A stretch of DNA of 60,329 nt, the filler included. It is 7 parts of 7 records of this genome, joined end to end, with 100 filler letters (N's around TTAATTAATTAA, not from the genome) between each part and the next. Parts side by side here need not be neighbours in the genome. Positions count along the whole stretch, not along the records: positions 8,732 to 17,396 come from SRR31156797_10274; positions 17,497 to 30,485 come from SRR31156797_10307; 5 more parts are not named here. The stretch is one strand, 5' to 3'. Shown here piece after piece: positions 9,871-18,741 of the stretch (position 1 is the first letter of the stretch; every line of letters starts with the position of its first letter). The translations under genes and the position numbers were made by a program. Under the pieces are notes generated by a model that searched no databases, was not told where the DNA came from, and worked only from the letters and a program-made list of their open reading frames with translations.

Positions 9871-11082
9871 CTAACATTCAGCATCAAAATTAAATTTCGC
9901 AAGTCCGGCTGTTGATGTTTCTTTATAACCACAGTTTAAGTCTCTACCTGTTTCCTTCATCGTTTCCACTACTTTATCAAATGATACTGTATGACGCCCA
10001 TCTGTATAAAGTGAATAGTTCGCTGCATCAAGTGCTCTAACAGCAGCAGTTGCATTTCTTTCAATACATGGAATCTGTACATAACCACCTACAGGATCAC
10101 ATGTAAGTCCAAGGTGATGCTCAAGAGCCATCTCCATCGCATACTCTATCTGAGCTAGAGAGCCTCCCAGTAGAAAAGCGGACATTCCTGCTGCCATCGA
10201 GCATGCAGCTCCGATCTCTGCCTGACATCCTCCCTCTGCACCGGAAATAGTTGCATTTACTTTGATTAAATTACCAACTAGTCCAGCTACAGCAAGCGCT
10301 TTCAAGACTTCATCTTTATCCAGATTATACTCTTCTCGGAGGGCAAATAATAATCCCGGAACAACTCCTGCCGCTCCGCATGTTGGAGAGGTTACAACTC
10401 TTCCTCCTCCACCGTTTTCTTCAGAAACTGCCAGAGTATAAGCAAATATTTTTCCTAAAAATCCGTTTCTTGAATTATCCCTTCTGGCTTTCCTATAAAA
10501 TGACTGAGCCTTTCTGGGATATTTAATAGTCCCCGGTAAAACACCACATTTATTAAGACCTGTATTCACAGATTCTTCCATTGCGTCCCAGATCTCTCCC
10601 AGAAAATCCCAAATTTCTTCTCCTTCACACTCTACTACATATTCCCACAACTCTCTTCTATTTTTCTCACACCAATCCATGATATCAAGCATAGTTGTAA
10701 GAGGATATATTTGTTGCTGTTCATTATTTTGCGTTTCTCCCAATGAAACAATAGTTCCTCCGCCTACAGAGAAAACTAACCAATCATTCAAAACATTTCC
10801 ATCTTTGGCTAATGCTTCAAATTTCATACCGTTTGTATGGAATTCATGAATAAAGTCAGCTCGCCAAATTATCTCAGTTTCCAGTGGTTTAAGAGTCTCT
10901 ATTATTACCCAGTCTGTTAAATGGCCTTTACCTGTTGCAGCCAAAGAGCCATATAGTTCAACTCTAAAACTTGCAGCATCAGGGTTTTCAGCCTTAAATT
11001 TTTTAGCTGCCCTCTCAGGCCCCATTGTATGTGAACTCGATGGTCCGTTTCCTATTTTAAATAATTCTCTTAAAGAATCCAT
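9871..11082 (-). CDS. sdaA: L-serine ammonia-lyase, Fe-S dependent, single chain
   Basis: 'IGNGPSSSHTMGP', 'YGSLAATGKGHLTD', 'GGCQAEIG', 'LGLTCDPVGGYVQIPCIERN'. Confidence 0.95.
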   Translation of the reverse strand: MDSLRELFKIGNGPSSSHTMGPERAAKKFKAENPDAASFRVELYGSLAATGKGHLTDWVIIETLKPLETEIIWRADFIHEFHTNGMKFEALAKDGNVLNDWLVFSVGGGTIVSLGETQNNEQQQIYPLTTMLDIMDWCEKNRRELWEYVVECEGEEIWDFLGEIWDAMEESVNTGLNKCGVLPGTIKYPRKAQSFYRKARRDNSRNGFLGKIFAYTLAVSEENGGGGRVVTSPTCGAAGVVPGLLFALREEYNLDKDEVLKALAVAGLVGNLIKVNATISGAEGGCQAEIGAACSMAAGMSAFLLGGSLAQIEYAMEMALEHHLGLTCDPVGGYVQIPCIERNATAAVRALDAANYSLYTDGRHTVSFDKVVETMKETGRDLNCGYKETSTAGLAKFNFDAEC

Positions 11083-11296
11083 TTTTTCCTCCTAATATAT
11101 AAATCGATATATATCCTCTGCTTTTTTGTATTAAAAAATCAACACTCTTTCAACAAAAAGACTTGTTTATCATACAAATATTGCTTTTTAATACTTTATA
11201 TTATAATATAATTTCCCAAATAACACCAGCTTATATTTACCTGTAATATAATAAAAGACCCTTTTAAATAAAGGATCTTTATATCTATCTATATAT

Positions 11297-12310
11297 TTAT
11301 TTATTTTTTACACTACTTCTTTTTACTAAATGCATTTTTAGTTTTTTTGCAATCTGAATTTTTGGATTTTTAATAATTTGCTCTAGCACTTCCATTAGTG
11401 AGTCTGTCATCTCTTCTAAAGGGTGCTCCATACTGGTAAGATCATAAGCTTTAAATCCTGAAAAGGGCAAATTATCAAAACCTGTAATTGAAAAATCTTT
11501 TGGAACCTCTAAACCAAACTCTATTCTGGCACAATCAATAACAGCCATTGCAATAATATCCGATGTACAAAATACAGCATCAGGAAGATCTTTTTTTGCC
11601 AAAATTGATTTAGCAAAATCATAGGCAATATCATAAGAGTTTTCGATTGTCTTTGATTCAACAGGATTCAAATTATGCTCTTTCATTTTTTTGAGAAAAC
11701 CATTTTTTCTCTCTACTTTGTCCTCACTAAATATCGAAACTATATTTGTATGTCCATTTTGAATTAAATAACTAACTAAATCCTGAGAAGCTTTATTCGC
11801 ATCACAATAAACCGAACTAATATTACTCTCTCCTATTGCTCTGTCTAATAAAATAATAGGAATCTGAATACTTGAATGATAATTAAATATCTCAGAATTA
11901 GTTGCTGAAGCCGTCAGAATAATTGCATCAACTCTCTGTTCACTTACTTGATTAATCGTATGCTCTATTCCTAATTTTTGATCAACAACGTAAAACAGTA
12001 CTTTTCTTCCGGAAGCTTGCACTTTTGCTGTTATTATTTTCAGAGCTTCCTCAAAAATATAACTCTTCCTCTCACCAAGCACAATAGCAACTGAGTTAGT
12101 TTTGTTTAAATTCAGACTTCTGGCTATACCATTAGGAAAATATCCTAACTCTTTTGCCGCTTCTTTTACCCTTCTCACTGTTTCCACTTTTACTTTGCCT
12201 TCCCATTTAGGGTTATAAACTCTCGAAACAGTTACCGGAGATACGTCTGCAAGGTCAGCTACATCTTTAAGCGTTGCGAATCTAATTTGTTTTTTTCTCT
12301 TTTTATTCAT
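11297..12310 (-). CDS. LacI-family transcriptional regulator
   Basis: HTH 'TLKDVADLADVSPVTVSRVYN', hinge 'IARSL', 'VPKDFSITGFD', 'LVKRSS'. Confidence 0.93.
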   Translation of the reverse strand: MNKKRKKQIRFATLKDVADLADVSPVTVSRVYNPKWEGKVKVETVRRVKEAAKELGYFPNGIARSLNLNKTNSVAIVLGERKSYIFEEALKIITAKVQASGRKVLFYVVDQKLGIEHTINQVSEQRVDAIILTASATNSEIFNYHSSIQIPIILLDRAIGESNISSVYCDANKASQDLVSYLIQNGHTNIVSIFSEDKVERKNGFLKKMKEHNLNPVESKTIENSYDIAYDFAKSILAKKDLPDAVFCTSDIIAMAVIDCARIEFGLEVPKDFSITGFDNLPFSGFKAYDLTSMEHPLEEMTDSLMEVLEQIIKNPKIQIAKKLKMHLVKRSSVKNK

Positions 12311-12517
12311 AATATCAAGTCCTCATCAATTAAAATGCTTAATCTATTATATCATAAAAGAGACTTAGCTTTCAAAATTAAAAATAAGCATCTCATTATC
12401 ATCGGTGAAAAATACCATACAATCAGTAATTTGTCCGTTCTTATATTTATGAGAGCACTGTATAATTATTATACGAAGAAAAGATAGTTATTAGCTTAAT
12501 TCACAGAGATAAAGAAA

Positions 12518-13048
12518 ATGAGTAGAAAAAATCTATTATGGGCAGATAAAGAAACATTATCAAAAAAACTAAAAGGAAAAACAGATATGAAGTTCATTTA
12601 GATGATTTGTCTTATAACAATAGAAAATTTAATGGTATATCTGCATATAGTGAAGCAAAAGTTGCAACAGTACTGTATGCAAAAGAATTAGCTGAAAGAT
12701 TAGAGGGAACTGGAGTCACAACTGCTTCGGTACATCCCGGATGGGCTAGATCTAACTTTGGAGGAAATGGTTTACTTTATGAAAGCTTCCAGAGTAATTT
12801 TGGCTCCCATAATGCCATTTGTTTCTGATAGTAGCTGGGAATCTGCACAAACTTCACTTCACTGCCTACTTTCTGATGATGCAACTAAACATTCTGGTGC
12901 TTACTTTAGTCAGAGTAGTGTTCTATATAGTGATAAAGAGTGTAAAAATGGAGGATGGCCAATGACATCACCAAATCCTAATGCAAAAAATATGGATACT
13001 GCTAGAAAATTAGTTGATAAGAGTTATAAAATAGTTGGTTTGAAATAA
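12518..13048 (+). pseudogene. SDR (retinol dehydrogenase-like) pseudogene
   Basis: 'MSRKNLLWADKETLSKKLKGKT' jumps (out of frame) to 'LDDLSYNNRKF..ISAYSEAK...VHPGW', so the Rossmann TGxxxGxG part is deleted; additional frameshift near 12780. Confidence 0.8.
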
Positions 13049-13182
13049 TAAGCTTTTAAAAACTAGCAAAATCTATATTTTCCCATATCAAATAAAAAAG
13101 AGCGAAAAGTTAGTTAAATCTGACCTTTCGCTTTTTTTGTCCAAATAAATAGGTCAATGCTTAGAAAATAAATAATAATATA

Positions 13183-13213
13183 TTGACTCTTCCTTTGGGG
13201 AATAGTTTATAAT
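13183..13213 (+). promoter_or_regulatory. MerR-type sigma70 promoter with 19-bp spacer and dyad
   Basis: TTGACT-19nt-TATAAT; dyad ACTCTTCC-n5-GGAATAGT (13186-13206). Confidence 0.8.
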
Positions 13214-13250
13214 GTATTTGTAAGTAAGTCTAGGAAGGGAGGATATACAT

Positions 13251-14228
13251 ATGAGTAAGCTAATTAAAATAAAAGAAGTAGCTGACAGATATGATATTAC
13301 AGCGCGCACATTACGATATTATGAAGACATGGGCTTAATTGAAAGTACTCGAGTTGAAGACTATGCCTATAGAATGTACGATAATGAAGCCATTCAACGA
13401 CTTGAGCAAATCTTAATTCTACGAAAAATGAATATTAAAATAAAAGATATAAAAAGAGTTTTTGACTCTTCTGATTCAGATGTAGTATTGGAAGTACTGG
13501 GTAAAAAGGTTGAAAAGATAGATGATGAAGTTTCTCTTTTACATGAATTAAGAGGAATTGTATTAGAGTTCATACAGGAAATAGAGCAAGTAAGTTTTAG
13601 TGATAACTCTGATATTAAACTACTGTATAACAAGGCTAAAGATATTGAGGCTCAATTGACAGGTAGTGAATATGAAGGTAAACCTGCCAAAATTAATCGG
13701 CTGGTTAAAGTTACTGAAAAACTAAATGATAAAATTCCTGACATAATGGTTGTTAAAATACCTAGCTTTAAAGCTATAACTAGTAAAGAGCAAGATTGGG
13801 AAGATATAATTAATTATAAAGAGCAATTATTTCAATATTCGCATTTGTATCAATCTGTAATCTTTGATTGCTTCGATTTCTTCCTACCTAAAAATAATAA
13901 TAAAAAAGCGGAATGGATATGTGCCTTGAAAGAAGATGTTACTGATTTTGATGTAAACCCATTAGGAGTGATGAATTTTCCTGGAGGTTTATATGCGATG
14001 GCAGTTAGTATGGATGAGGATACAGAAAGTTGGGTAAAAGTAGAGGATAAAGTTAAACGTTGGGTTGAAAATACAAATTTTGAGCTAGATAAAAGCAGGG
14101 GTACTTTATTCAATTTGCCTTATTTCTATGAAGACGGAAAAGATTCTGATTATTTAGAAATAAAAAAAGGACTTGGTTATACTCAGATGCAAATGTACTT
14201 CCCTATAAAACTAAAACCGGGTATTTAA
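13251..14228 (+). CDS. MerR-family regulator with C-terminal GyrI-like effector domain
   Basis: 'IKEVADRYDITARTLRYYEDMGLI', 'YRMY'; C-terminal 'FPGGLYAMA'. Confidence 0.9.
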   Translation: MSKLIKIKEVADRYDITARTLRYYEDMGLIESTRVEDYAYRMYDNEAIQRLEQILILRKMNIKIKDIKRVFDSSDSDVVLEVLGKKVEKIDDEVSLLHELRGIVLEFIQEIEQVSFSDNSDIKLLYNKAKDIEAQLTGSEYEGKPAKINRLVKVTEKLNDKIPDIMVVKIPSFKAITSKEQDWEDIINYKEQLFQYSHLYQSVIFDCFDFFLPKNNNKKAEWICALKEDVTDFDVNPLGVMNFPGGLYAMAVSMDEDTESWVKVEDKVKRWVENTNFELDKSRGTLFNLPYFYEDGKDSDYLEIKKGLGYTQMQMYFPIKLKPGI

Positions 14229-14259
14229 ACTAAAAGCAAAAATATATAGGAGGATTTAA

Positions 14260-15144
14260 ATGAAAAACAAAATTTTAGGAGCTATTCTTCTAGTAAGTTT
14301 TAGCTTAATGGCTTGTAATAAAGCAGATACACAATCACAGAACACATTAGACAAATCAATTCAAAAAGAAAAAATGCAGGAGGAGAAAATGGAACTTTCA
14401 CAAAAAGAAATCGCTTTAATGAATCAGAGAGCGCTTGAAACAGGAGATAAAGAGATTCTGAAATATATGGCGGAGGATTATAGAATACACAGACCAGAAT
14501 ACCCTACAGGAAGAGCAACATTTGAGCCATATTTTTCAGGCAAGGAAACAGGTTTTAAAACAAAAACAATAAGAATATTCGAAGATGATAATATAGTTGT
14601 TACTCATAACTATTCAACAGGTTTTGCTGAATATCCAATTGTTTCTATAGATATTTATGGTTTTAAAAATGGCGTGATGGTAGATTATTGGGATAATATG
14701 ACTTTTGAACTTGATAGTAATAATACTTCTCAATATGATGGAGAAACAACTGTTACAGATTTAGATAAAACTGATTCGAATAAAGCATTAGTACAAGAGT
14801 ATATGGAAAAAGTATATGTTAATAAAGAAATTGAAACTGTTAATCAATTTGTAAACAAAGAAACTCTTATTCAACATAGTCCCAACTTTACAGATGGTAT
14901 AGATGCACTTAAAAATTCATTAAAAGAATCTAATGCAGTACATAACAATCTTGTCAAAGTATTAGGAGAAGGAAACTTCGTACTTGCTATATTAGATGGA
15001 AACATTGATGAAAAAGCAACGACATTTTATTATCTTTATAGATTAGATAATGGAAACATTGTTGAGCAATGGGAAATTATTGAAGAGATTGCTCCTGAAG
15101 AAAAGTGGGCTAATAAACTAGGAAGAACAAATTTTAATTATTAA
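14260..15144 (+). CDS. Lipoprotein with tandem SnoaL/NTF2-like domains
   Basis: Lipobox 'LMAC'; two repeats ending 'GVMVDYWD' and 'GNIVEQWE'; 'IQHSPNFTDG'. Confidence 0.8.
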   Translation: MKNKILGAILLVSFSLMACNKADTQSQNTLDKSIQKEKMQEEKMELSQKEIALMNQRALETGDKEILKYMAEDYRIHRPEYPTGRATFEPYFSGKETGFKTKTIRIFEDDNIVVTHNYSTGFAEYPIVSIDIYGFKNGVMVDYWDNMTFELDSNNTSQYDGETTVTDLDKTDSNKALVQEYMEKVYVNKEIETVNQFVNKETLIQHSPNFTDGIDALKNSLKESNAVHNNLVKVLGEGNFVLAILDGNIDEKATTFYYLYRLDNGNIVEQWEIIEEIAPEEKWANKLGRTNFNY

Positions 15145-15352
15145 ATCAATAAAAAATACTTTTATAAGAGAGTGACCGAAAAGGACAACTGAATAATAAA
15201 TTTTTAAAGCGACTTCTTGATTTTAAAGGAGTCGTTTTAAATTTATTTGGATAAAGATAACTAAACAAAATTTTTATACTCACTTCCTATTTTAATATCA
15301 AGTTAAAGTTTCTACCTCTAATTGATAAAAATAAGGAATTTAACTATCGCAT

Positions 15353-15394
15353 AAAAAAAGAGTCTTTGGAAAAATGTGCAAAAGACTCTTTTTT
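15353..15394. terminator. Terminator-like inverted repeat
   Basis: AAAAAAAGAGTCTTT ... AAAGACTCTTTTTT downstream of the HD-GYP gene. Confidence 0.7.
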
Positions 15395-15497
15395 CGCCTC
15401 ATAAATAAACAATGTTTATGTTAAATGTGTACTACTTTTTTGTAAATATCAAATTATTCTTTTTATTCAACAGAAAAATGCTCAAGACAGTTACAAG

Positions 15498-16610
15498 TTA
15501 AAAAATACTTTTGGCTAAATAAAATATTTTTTGATCTAAACTCACTCCTACCATAGTTCTTTCCATTATATTAAAAGCATGTTCAAAAGTAATCGGTTTT
15601 CTATATGGTCTATTTGAAGTTAATGCATCTAAAACATCTGCTATCGCTATTATTTTAGCCTCTTCTGGAATTTCATCTCCCTTTAACCCAAATGGATAGC
15701 CTTTCCCATCTATTCGTTCATGATGGAGAGCACCATAAGAAATATTTTTCAAAGTTGGAGAATCTTCTAGTATTTTATAGGAATATTCCGCATGCCTTTT
15801 TATTTTCTCAAACTCTTCTAGGCTTAACTGACTTGGCTTATCCAAAATCTTTGATGTTACAGCTAACTTCCCAATATCATGTAAGTAAGATGCATATCTT
15901 AATTCCCTTAGCCTTTTTTCGTTGTATCCAAGATGTTCCCCTATAACATAACTATAATTTGCAACTCGTTTTGTATGTCCTGCTGTATACTCATGTTGAG
16001 CGTCAATTATAGATGCAATGGTATTTAAAAATTGCTCTTCAACAACTCCTTCTACATCAAGTAAATATACATTACTTTTTCTTAATACTCTATAAAATAA
16101 ATTATCTAAATACTCTGTTTTTTCATTGAGCATAAGCTTCATATAATTCTTATTTAATAATTTTTCTAATTCATTAATGATTTTCTGGTTGTAGCACATT
16201 TTTTCTCTCAATATATTAAAATTTTTAACTTTTAGAAATTCCTCTACAACACATATAATCTCTACTTCTGGTTTAAGCTGTTTAAGTTCATAGGAGCAAC
16301 TGTCATTTAAACATTCACTAAGTTGAAGAATTATATCCGCTATCTCATACTGCATTGGTATTATTTCCGGCATAGTTCTGATAATTTCTGTTGATTTATA
16401 ATAATCATTTGCTGATTCAGATAAGCCTATTTTACCAATATCTTTGATTAAAGTAGCGGTTGTTGCAGTAAAAATGTAATTTCCTTTTAATTTATGAGTT
16501 AGTTTATTTACAAGGACTACTGATTTTTTAAGTTTATTATATCTTTCTATATTTGCAAATTTTATAGAATTTATAATTGCAGATATGATATCTAAAGTAG
16601 TAAGCTTCAT
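15498..16610 (-). CDS. HD-GYP cyclic dinucleotide phosphodiesterase with degenerate N-terminal HD-like domain
   Basis: C-terminal 'YTAGHTKRV', 'YLHDIGK', 'HHERIDGKGYP', 'ADVLDALTSNRPYR'; N-terminal 'LIKDIGK'. Confidence 0.9.
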   Translation of the reverse strand: MKLTTLDIISAIINSIKFANIERYNKLKKSVVLVNKLTHKLKGNYIFTATTATLIKDIGKIGLSESANDYYKSTEIIRTMPEIIPMQYEIADIILQLSECLNDSCSYELKQLKPEVEIICVVEEFLKVKNFNILREKMCYNQKIINELEKLLNKNYMKLMLNEKTEYLDNLFYRVLRKSNVYLLDVEGVVEEQFLNTIASIIDAQHEYTAGHTKRVANYSYVIGEHLGYNEKRLRELRYASYLHDIGKLAVTSKILDKPSQLSLEEFEKIKRHAEYSYKILEDSPTLKNISYGALHHERIDGKGYPFGLKGDEIPEEAKIIAIADVLDALTSNRPYRKPITFEHAFNIMERTMVGVSLDQKIFYLAKSIF

Positions 16611-16699
16611 TTGAACACCCCTAAAAAAATTTTATAGTACTCCTTTTTACTAATTATCCTCAAGAGATTTTTTTGAAGAAAAATTAAAGGCAATAAATT

Positions 16700-16879
16700 T
16701 TATGAAGCTCTTTTTTCCTTAACTTGCTCTCTCTTCTCTTTTGCTTCTTTTCTTTTATAACCTTTACATTTTGAAATTTCTATCCCTTCTGGACATACAT
16801 GTAAATTTTTACCTGTCATTAAGCAATATTTGATATATTTGGCAGCTTTATACGCACAATCATTACATTCTGATTTCAT
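16700..16879 (-). CDS. Small Cys-rich basic protein (59 aa), not in the ORF track
   Basis: RBS AAGGTGA; MKSECNDCAYKAAKYIKYCLMTGKNLHVCPEGIEISKCKGYKRKEAKEKREQVKEKRAS. Confidence 0.65.
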   Translation of the reverse strand: MKSECNDCAYKAAKYIKYCLMTGKNLHVCPEGIEISKCKGYKRKEAKEKREQVKEKRAS

Positions 16880-16904
16880 CTAAATCACCTTTCTTTTTTT
16901 TAAT

Positions 16905-17396
16905 TTATTTAATATTACTGTAATCAAGTTTAAAGTAACTAATGTCTCTTTCCAGCTTAAAGGATGCTTCAAATAAATTGTTTATTTTTTCAATTTTTTT
17001 ATTTAGTACAAAAGAAACACTTTCGCTTAATTTTGCTGCTTCAGTTGTCCTGCCTTCTATCTCTATAGAATTTTCCATGATCTGTTTAGCTGCACTCATT
17101 ATTTCAGATGTTGCTATAGCTTCTTCTCTAATTTCATTTGTTATCACAGCCATATCTCTATCATTTGTTTTAACATTATCAATCACATCAGAAATTAAAG
17201 TTTGCACATTATTCATAATTTCCATCCCATGATTTACATTCCCGAAACATTGTCATTTGCACCTTTTACAACTTTAATATTCTCTTGGACTGTTTCGATT
17301 ATGTTTTCTATTTTTATTGTTTCCTGATTTGTTTCTTCAGCTAATTTTCTAATCTCACTTGCTACAACTGCAAATCCTTTTCCTGCTTCTCCTGCT
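16905..17396 (-). CDS. Methyl-accepting chemotaxis protein, 5'-partial, with frameshift near 17243
   Basis: '[22 protein letters not shown]' at the contig edge; the frame shifts after 'ANDNVS' into the 16905-17225 ORF. Confidence 0.85.
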
Positions 17397-17496
17397 NNNN
17401 NNNNNNNNNNNNNNNNNNNNNNNNNNNNNNNNNNNNNNNNTTAATTAATTAANNNNNNNNNNNNNNNNNNNNNNNNNNNNNNNNNNNNNNNNNNNN
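17397..17496. other. Artificial contig linker
   Basis: N44-TTAATTAATTAA-N44. Confidence 0.98.
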
Positions 17497-17526
17497 CTAA
17501 CAGCTAACAGCTAACAGCTAACAGCT
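17497..17526 (+). repeat. Heptamer tandem repeat (CTAACAG)x4 at contig start
   Basis: ctaacag ctaacag ctaacag ctaacag ct. Confidence 0.95.
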
Positions 17527-17545
17527 GGATGCAAAGGTTGAACAA

Positions 17546-18295
17546 ATGTCGAATTCACTATCCCCCGAAGAAGCCCTTCGATACCATCGTCAGATGATAC
17601 TTCCCCGGATCGGCGAGGAAGGTCAGGAGAAGCTTCAAAGATCCCGGATCTTTGTGGCGGGCCTGGGAGGGTTGGGGTCTATTTCGGCATATTATCTCGC
17701 CGCGGCGGGTGTGGGGCAACTTCGGGCGGTGGATAAGGACCGGGTGGAATTGGGGAACCTGAACCGGCAGTTGCTGCACTTCACAGGTGATATTGGTGAA
17801 TCCAAGGCGGAATCCGCAAAGAGAAAACTGCAAAGTTTAAACCCCCATTGCAGGGTTGAAGCGCTCCATGAGGCGCTTAGCGAGGATAACGGGGATCCGC
17901 TGGTTGGAGATGCCCATCTGATTGTGGATGGAACGGATAATCTGCGGACGCGAAAGATTTTAAACCGTGTGTCCCTCAAGAAAAGGATTCCGTTTTTTTT
18001 GGGTGGTGTGGATGGATTAACGGGCATGACCACCACATTTATTCCGGGTAAAACCCCATGCCTTGAATGCCTTTTTCCGGAAGGGACCCCCGATAGGGGC
18101 CCTCCGGGGGTTTTAGGCCCCTTGCCGGGTATCATCGGCGCTCTTCAGGCCCTGTCGGCCATTAACTTTCTGGTGGGAATACCGGATGGTTTGTTAATGG
18201 GCAGAATGCTTTATGTGGATGGTGAAACCATGAATTTTAAAATGATTGAAATGGGAAAAAATCCCCGATGCCGTGTGTGCGGCGCCGATTTATGA
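17546..18295 (+). CDS. ThiF/MoeB-family E1-like adenylyltransferase
   Basis: 'RYHRQMIL', 'GLGGLGS', 'NLNRQ', 'DGTDN', Zn pairs 'CLEC' and 'CRVC'. Confidence 0.93.
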   Translation: MSNSLSPEEALRYHRQMILPRIGEEGQEKLQRSRIFVAGLGGLGSISAYYLAAAGVGQLRAVDKDRVELGNLNRQLLHFTGDIGESKAESAKRKLQSLNPHCRVEALHEALSEDNGDPLVGDAHLIVDGTDNLRTRKILNRVSLKKRIPFFLGGVDGLTGMTTTFIPGKTPCLECLFPEGTPDRGPPGVLGPLPGIIGALQALSAINFLVGIPDGLLMGRMLYVDGETMNFKMIEMGKNPRCRVCGADL

Positions 18296-18312
18296 TAAGG
18301 AGGGACGGTCCC

Positions 18313-18534
18313 ATGAATAAAGACGCCGAAAAAATCGAAGTGACCATTAATGGTTTTAAAGAAAAGGTGGCCAAAGGATCCTCCATCACCCGATTGATTC
18401 TGGAATATGACGAAATGGAGTCCGCCATGATGGTGGAGCGGAACGGGCGCTATGTTTATCCCCAGGATTATGATACGACCCGGCCCGAGGCCGGGGATGT
18501 TCTGGAATTTATCCATCCTGATTTTGGCGGTTGA
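18313..18534 (+). CDS. ThiS/MoaD-like sulfur carrier protein
   Basis: 73 aa, 'VTING', 'VERNG', 'GDVLEFI', C-terminal GG; RBS AGGAGG. Confidence 0.85.
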   Translation: MNKDAEKIEVTINGFKEKVAKGSSITRLILEYDEMESAMMVERNGRYVYPQDYDTTRPEAGDVLEFIHPDFGG

Positions 18535-18741
18535 TCCCGCCCACCATTTTGATTCCTGAAAGAATTTTGTTGTTTTCCTTTGTATTTTCTTCTCTAAACA
18601 GCCCTTCAATGTTTCTTTGACAAACCATTCTGACTTTTTTATATAATAAATCTCAGCATTTTTTAAAAAAAAAGCGGCAATGCGTTTCGATTGGAATATT
18701 CTAATCCAATCCCTTGGTTTGAAATTGCGGCGGGAAAGCGG

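Noticed and set aside
8732-17396. AT-rich block as a horizontally acquired island
   Set aside because: The composition change coincides exactly with linkers; it is a different contig carrying ordinary metabolic genes
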